Assembly: GCF_000011325.1 (NCBI RefSeq)
Contig: NC_003450.3
Span: 2,220,001 to 2,252,000, forward strand
Direction: 5' to 3'
Source of the DNA: Corynebacterium glutamicum ATCC 13032
GTDB taxonomy: Bacteria > Actinomycetota > Actinomycetes > Mycobacteriales > Mycobacteriaceae
DNA length: 32,000 nucleotides
Shown in pieces: positions 27,004-32,000 of this stretch. The translations under genes were made by a program, and so were the position numbers. The number at the start of each line of letters is the position of its first letter. The stretch's first letter is position 1. The notes under the pieces are model-generated. The model did no database searches. It saw only the letters and a list, made by a program, of their open reading frames with translations, and had not been told where the DNA came from.

Positions 27004-28209
27004 TTAGAACAGTTCCTTTGATGCAATGCGAGCGCCCTCTACTAGGGACTCCAGCTTTGCCCATGCGATCTGGGAATGCAGACGTCCGCCCAGACCACAG
27101 TCAGTGGACGCAATGACGTTCTCAGGGCCAACAAGCTTGGCGAACTGAACGATACGATCAGCAACCAGGCGTGGGTGCTCCACAGCGTTGATGGAGTGAG
27201 ACACAACACCAGGGTAGATAACAGAGCCTTCAGGAAGCTTGTTTTCTTCCCATACACGCCACTCGTGTGCGTGACGAGGAGATGCGCCTTCGAAGGAGAA
27301 GCCACCGACCTCTGCGCGCAGGATCTCACCAATGATGTCACCGAATGGGATGTCAGTGACGTGTGGTCCGTGCCAAGAGCCCCAGCAGATGTGCAGGCGG
27401 GTCTGTTCCTTTGGAAGGCCCTTCACTGCACTGTTGATGGCATCGATGCGTGTACCGATCCAGTCCAAGTAATCCTTCACGCTTGGCTCTGGGTTGATCT
27501 GATCCCATGCTTCTGCCAAGTCCGGTGCGTCGAGCTGAACGGTCAGACCTGCATCGGTGATGATCTTGTATTCCTGGGAAAGCGCATCAGCACATGCTGC
27601 GACGACTTCTTCATCAGTGTCGTAGAACTTGTTGGTCAATCGAGCTGCAGATCCTGGGGATAGTGCTGCAACGAAGCCGTCGGTAGCTCCCGCTGCGTTC
27701 ATGCCCTTCTTCAGCAGATCAACATCCGTCTGAGTTTCTTCCTGGCCAATGTAGGTAATAGGTCCGGTGAACTCTGGGTTGCCCACAGAAGCGCGACCGG
27801 TGAAGATGCCAGATACTGGATCCTCGTATGCTTCGCTGAACAATGCGCGGTCGCGACGATCAGAGAAGCTGGTCAGCTTGATGTTGCCAGGGGTGGAACG
27901 CACTGCTTCCTGGCTTGCCCAACGGTCGGTATCGGTCATGGTCAGTCCGCCCAGGCGGGTGAAGGAGTAGTTCCACCATGCACCGAAGTCAACTGCACCG
28001 GAGGTGACGTGGCCGTATTCGCCCTCGTTAAGGATGTCGATACCCAGGTCAACCTGGCGCTTGATCACGTCATCTACAGAAGACTGCAGAATCTGGAAGA
28101 ATTCCTCCTCCCCAATCTCACCGTTAGAACGCTTGATGTTTGCATCAAGTAGCTCTGGGGTACGGGGCAAGGAACCAACGTGAGTGGTCCTGATGCGGTT
28201 CTGGCTCAT
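27004..28209 (-). CDS. Cobalamin-independent methionine-synthase catalytic-domain (MetE C-terminal, Meth_synt_2) family protein
   Basis: 401 aa with N-terminus RTTHVGSLPRTPEL and Zn-ligand contexts LHICWGSWHG (His-x-Cys) and IASTDCGLG (Cys), typical of the single-domain MetE-like family. The true substrate is not inferable. Confidence 0.8.
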   Translation of the reverse strand: MSQNRIRTTHVGSLPRTPELLDANIKRSNGEIGEEEFFQILQSSVDDVIKRQVDLGIDILNEGEYGHVTSGAVDFGAWWNYSFTRLGGLTMTDTDRWASQEAVRSTPGNIKLTSFSDRRDRALFSEAYEDPVSGIFTGRASVGNPEFTGPITYIGQEETQTDVDLLKKGMNAAGATDGFVAALSPGSAARLTNKFYDTDEEVVAACADALSQEYKIITDAGLTVQLDAPDLAEAWDQINPEPSVKDYLDWIGTRIDAINSAVKGLPKEQTRLHICWGSWHGPHVTDIPFGDIIGEILRAEVGGFSFEGASPRHAHEWRVWEENKLPEGSVIYPGVVSHSINAVEHPRLVADRIVQFAKLVGPENVIASTDCGLGGRLHSQIAWAKLESLVEGARIASKELF

Positions 28210-28223
28210 TGAAAATCCAATCT

Positions 28224-28260
28224 AAAAGTCGAAAGAAAGTATCAAACTCTCATTCGACTC
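28224..28260 (-). terminator. Terminator-like hairpin 14-50 nt upstream of the MetE-like start (either the dnaE1 terminator or an attenuator)
   Basis: The minus-strand RNA is GAGUCGAAUGAGAG-UUUGAUAC-UUUCUUUCGAC-UUUU. The stem is about 10 bp (one mismatch, one G-U) and is followed by a U-run. It lies about 100 nt after the dnaE1 stop. Confidence 0.4.
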
Positions 28261-28355
28261 TAACCGCGTTTACCTCACCTACGGTCACTGCACCCGGAAT
28301 TTTATTCATCATTCGGGTTTTCACCCCTACACGGGGTAATCCCAGTGTGATGTGA

Positions 28356-31300
28356 TTAACCGAGGATGCCTGGCCCCATCGTTGCCTTGAGGTCGCCCAT
28401 CAAACTTGCGGATCGGTTGACTCTTAAGTGATCACCCAAAATCATGACCGTGGAGTTATCCCCATCGATCAAATTGAGGTACACATCAGATTCACCCTTG
28501 TTGTCCACCAGCACCTGCTTGAGCTTGGCAATGTTGGACATGGTGCACTGATCAGTACGCATGGACAAACGAAGCGGAAGTCCTTGCCCGTTTCCTGGCC
28601 CAAGCTCTGGAACGCGGAGATCATCACAGAAAAGGCTCATACGATCATCTCGAATGGAGATGTGTGCCTTGGCCAAGATGATGTTGTCTTCCACAATCAT
28701 GGATCCAACGATGGAATACACCTTGTTGAAGACCAACAATTCAACGGACGCGCCGTTGTGATCTTCAATGGTGACAATCGCCCAAGGGGAACCGTCCTTC
28801 TTGGAGAACCGTCGATCCACACCAGAGATAATGCCACCCACGGTCACTTCTGCGCCGTGCTTGAGTTCACCGGCAACAATGGTGGTCAGTGCTGTATCAA
28901 CCTGGGCAGCAATGGCATCTTCATAGCCATCGAGTGGGTGTCCAGAAACATACAGACCCAGCATTTCTCGCTCGAGTGCGAGCTCATGCTTACGGTCCCA
29001 TTCGTCATCAGGAACGGTGATCTGGAAGAAACTTGCCACATCGTCGTTGTTATCCGAGTCGAAAGCTGCAAAGAGATCAAATTGTCCCTTGTCAGCAGCT
29101 TTTTTGGTAGCGATGACGGAATCAACGGCATCTTCGAAGACCAGCATGAGGCCTTTTCGTGCGTGTCCAAGGGAGTCAAAAGCGCCACCCTTGATCAAAG
29201 ACTCGGTGATGCGCTTGTTACACGGCAGGGTATCGATCTTGTCCAAGTAGTCTGAGAAGTCCTTAAATAGGCCCTTTTCCTTGCGGGTATCCAAAATGGA
29301 ATCCACAACTTCAGCACCCACGTTTCTAATGGCTCCCAGGCCATAGCGAATATCGGTGCCAACAGGAAGGAAGTTCAACGAGGACTCGTTAATATCCGGC
29401 GAAAGCACTCGAATTCCAAGGTGTCGGCAATCAGAAAGGTAGATCGCCGATTTGTCCTTGTTATCACCCACAGAAGTCAGCAGTGCTGCCATGTATTCCG
29501 GCGCGTAGTGCGCCTTCAAATAGGCAGTCCAGAAGGATACAAGTCCATAACCTGCGGCGTGAGACTTGTTGAACGCGTAGCCGGCGAACGGCAGAATGGT
29601 ATCCCACAAAGTCTTAATCGCGGCATCTGAATAGCCGTTCGCCTTCATTCCACCTTCGAAGTTTGCGAACTCCTTTTCCAGGACCTCGGGCTTCTTCTTA
29701 CCCATGGCTTTACGGAAACCATCTGCTTGACCAGCGGTGTAGTTTGCGACCTTCTGGGAGATCCTCATGATCTGCTCCTGGTACACAATCAGACCATAGG
29801 TTTCACCAAGGATTTCTTCCAGAGCTTCCTCCAACTCTGGGTGAATTGGAGTAATGGGCTTGCGTCCGTTTTTACGGTCGGCGTAATCCCAGTGCGCGTT
29901 CACACCCATGGGGCCTGGGCGATACAGCGCAAGCGCTGCGACGATGTCATTGAAGCCGGTTGGCTGCATACGCTTCAGCAGCTCCTGCATGCCACCACCA
30001 TCAAGCTGGAACACACCAAGGGTTTCTCCACGGCCTAGCAGCTTGTAGGTTTCTTCATCCTCGATCGCTAGGTTTTCTAGATCAAGCACTTCCCCATCGC
30101 GGTTGGCCTTAATGTTTTCAATCGCATCGCCAATAACGGTAAGGTTTCGAAGTCCCAGGAAGTCCATCTTCAACAGGCCAATGGCCTCACATGCTGGGTA
30201 ATCCCAGCCTGTAATCAGTGCGCCGTCGGCTGGCCGCTTCCACATCGGAATGCAGTCCAGCAGCGGTACAGAAGACATAATCACGGCACACGCGTGCACG
30301 CCAGATTGGCGCACCACGCCTTCCAAACCACGAGCGGTGTCGTAAATGCGCTTCACATCAGGGTCGGTTTCGATCAGCTGGCGCACCGCACCTGCTTCAT
30401 TAAAACGAGGGTGATCCGGATCGGTGATACCGGACAACGGAATATCCTTCGCCATAATGGCAGGTGGAAGCTCCTTGATCACGCGGTCAGCGATTTGATA
30501 GCCTGGCTGCCCCATTTGCACACGGGCGGAGTCTTTCAGTGCCTGCTTTGTTTTCACCGTACCGAAGGTGATCACCTGAGCAATCTTGTCCTCGCCCCAA
30601 CGGTCAGCTGCGTAACGGATCATTTCACCGCGGCGGCGATCATCGAAGTCAATATCGATATCGGGTGCGGATGGTCGTTCTGGGTTGAGGAATCTCTCGA
30701 ACAGCAATCCGTGTTCCATGGGGTCAATGTTGGTGATGGTCAACGCGTAGGCAACCAATGCACCTGCAGCCGAACCACGGCCAGGTCCTACACGGATGCC
30801 AATGGAACGAGCGTGCTTGATAATTTCAGCAACGATGAGGAAGTAGGAAGGGTAGCCCTTCATATCAATAACGGAGATCTCATACTCCGCGCGCTCAATA
30901 TAATCCTCAGGAACTTGCTGTCCAGAGAAACGATCCTCCAAGCCAGCCATCACTTCATGGTGCAACCAAGTGGTTGGGGTGTAGCCTTCTGGAACATCAG
31001 CGATAGGCATGCGGTCGTGTGAGTGTTCTTCCCAGATTTCGTCATAGGACTGCACACGTTCAGCGATCCACAGGGTGTTGTCGCAGCCATCTGGAACCAT
31101 GTCGTCCCAGAGTGCACGCATTTGTTCTGCAGATTTAACGTAATAGCCGGTTCCGCCGAATTTGAATCGGTCTTCATCATGAAGCGTCTTGCCTGTTTGC
31201 ACGCAGAGCATTGCCTCGTGGGCTTGCGCCTGAGATTCCAGCACATAGTGGCAGTCGTTGGTGACCAGGGGTGGCAAATTGAGCTTGCGTCCGATTTCGA

Positions 31301-31940
31301 GCAGCTCACTGCGCACACGGGTTTCAATGTCGAGCCCGTGGTCCATCAACTCGAGGAAGTAGTTGTCGCGACCATAGATGTCCTGCCACATGGCGGCTGC
31401 TTCAAGGGCTTCGTCGAACTGGCCCAAGCGCAGGCGTGTTTGCACATCGCCGGAAGGGCAACCCGTGGTGGCGATGATGCCTTCGGCGTGCTCAGCGATG
31501 ATATCGGCGTCCATGCGGGGCCACTTGCCTAGCTGGCCTTCGTACGATGCCATCGAAGATAGATAAAAGAGGTTTCTTAAACCTGTGGTGTTTTCTGCAA
31601 GCATCGTCTGGTGCAAATACGCACCGGAACCAGAAACATCATCTGATTTTTGGTGTGGTTCGCCCCAACGCACACGCTCTTTCTTAAAACGAGACTCAGG
31701 TGCCATATACGTTTCAATGCCAATGATGGGCTTAATGCCCATCTCTGTCATCTTGCGATAAAAGGGGTTGGAGCCATACATATTGCCGTGGTCGGTGATT
31801 CCGACCGCAGGCATTCCCTGGGCTTTAACCTCATCGGCCAACATATCGATCTTGGCCATTCCATCAAGCATGGAAAACTCGGTGTGGTTGTGAAGATGTA
31901 CAAATGAGGATTGCTTGGCCATGTGGGACAGTCTAGCCAT
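28356..31940 (-). CDS. dnaE1: DNA polymerase III alpha subunit (DnaE1), with an intact PHP domain
   Basis: PHP motif [15 protein letters not shown], polymerase core ([29 protein letters not shown]) and a C-terminal OB fold. The start is ambiguous: AAGGAG abuts the ATG at 31940 with no spacer, and a second ATG at 31922 gives [11 protein letters not shown]. Confidence 0.95.
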   Translation of the reverse strand: MARLSHMAKQSSFVHLHNHTEFSMLDGMAKIDMLADEVKAQGMPAVGITDHGNMYGSNPFYRKMTEMGIKPIIGIETYMAPESRFKKERVRWGEPHQKSDDVSGSGAYLHQTMLAENTTGLRNLFYLSSMASYEGQLGKWPRMDADIIAEHAEGIIATTGCPSGDVQTRLRLGQFDEALEAAAMWQDIYGRDNYFLELMDHGLDIETRVRSELLEIGRKLNLPPLVTNDCHYVLESQAQAHEAMLCVQTGKTLHDEDRFKFGGTGYYVKSAEQMRALWDDMVPDGCDNTLWIAERVQSYDEIWEEHSHDRMPIADVPEGYTPTTWLHHEVMAGLEDRFSGQQVPEDYIERAEYEISVIDMKGYPSYFLIVAEIIKHARSIGIRVGPGRGSAAGALVAYALTITNIDPMEHGLLFERFLNPERPSAPDIDIDFDDRRRGEMIRYAADRWGEDKIAQVITFGTVKTKQALKDSARVQMGQPGYQIADRVIKELPPAIMAKDIPLSGITDPDHPRFNEAGAVRQLIETDPDVKRIYDTARGLEGVVRQSGVHACAVIMSSVPLLDCIPMWKRPADGALITGWDYPACEAIGLLKMDFLGLRNLTVIGDAIENIKANRDGEVLDLENLAIEDEETYKLLGRGETLGVFQLDGGGMQELLKRMQPTGFNDIVAALALYRPGPMGVNAHWDYADRKNGRKPITPIHPELEEALEEILGETYGLIVYQEQIMRISQKVANYTAGQADGFRKAMGKKKPEVLEKEFANFEGGMKANGYSDAAIKTLWDTILPFAGYAFNKSHAAGYGLVSFWTAYLKAHYAPEYMAALLTSVGDNKDKSAIYLSDCRHLGIRVLSPDINESSLNFLPVGTDIRYGLGAIRNVGAEVVDSILDTRKEKGLFKDFSDYLDKIDTLPCNKRITESLIKGGAFDSLGHARKGLMLVFEDAVDSVIATKKAADKGQFDLFAAFDSDNNDDVASFFQITVPDDEWDRKHELALEREMLGLYVSGHPLDGYEDAIAAQVDTALTTIVAGELKHGAEVTVGGIISGVDRRFSKKDGSPWAIVTIEDHNGASVELLVFNKVYSIVGSMIVEDNIILAKAHISIRDDRMSLFCDDLRVPELGPGNGQGLPLRLSMRTDQCTMSNIAKLKQVLVDNKGESDVYLNLIDGDNSTVMILGDHLRVNRSASLMGDLKATMGPGILG

Positions 31941-32000
31941 CTCCTTACACCCGTGAAACTCCTATTTCATTAACGCATTGATCTCGGCTTTTCTAACCTA

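Noticed and set aside
28428-31022. Long antisense ORFs within dnaE1 (28428-29255, 275 aa; 30294-31022, 242 aa; 31023-31532, 169 aa)
   Set aside because: They lie opposite a highly conserved polymerase gene, and their translations are low-complexity with no recognisable domains or ribosome-binding sites. They are shadow ORFs.

Overview
This 32-kb window reads as core chromosome of a high-GC Gram-positive organism, and the proteins look like Corynebacterium glutamicum. That assignment rests on my memory of the IlvA, TreY/TreZ, GlgX and DnaE1 sequences; no search was run. Gene density is high, with about 30 CDS. The secure anchors are glgX/treX (2528-5038, +), treY (14853-17288, +), treZ (23099-24823, +), ilvA (24862-26172, -), a MetE-catalytic-domain-like protein (27004-28209, -) and dnaE1 (28356-31940, -).

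The first block between anchors contains:
- a TetR regulator placed directly before glgX;
- a SAM methyltransferase;
- a two-gene operon (hydroxypyruvate-isomerase-like plus inositol-dehydrogenase-like) divergent from a LacI regulator, with tandem palindromic operators between them;
- an HxlR regulator followed by a BtuF/FecCD/FepC-type ABC importer;
- a three-domain DEDDh exonuclease carrying a C-terminal BRCT domain.

The second block contains:
- the small alarmone synthetase RelS;
- a short stretch of unknown genes (18.4-20.6 kb);
- a luciferase-like oxidoreductase;
- a yigZ / small membrane protein / hslR operon.

By eye I found no rRNA, tRNA, CRISPR array, transposase or integrase.

I do not see a clearly recognisable novel multi-gene system. 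The observations most worth following up are:
- an unlisted 43-codon ORF with a strong SD, good codon usage and its own terminator (18479-18610);
- the adjacent pair of unknown genes, with a decayed partial duplicate of the larger gene between them (18692-20564);
- the PH-like/DEDDh/BRCT exonuclease;
- the roughly 120-aa repeat-containing acidic tail on GlgX;
- the splitting of the usually contiguous treX-treY-treZ cluster by two accessory blocks.

All functional calls come from motif recognition in the translated ORFs. Nothing was aligned or searched.
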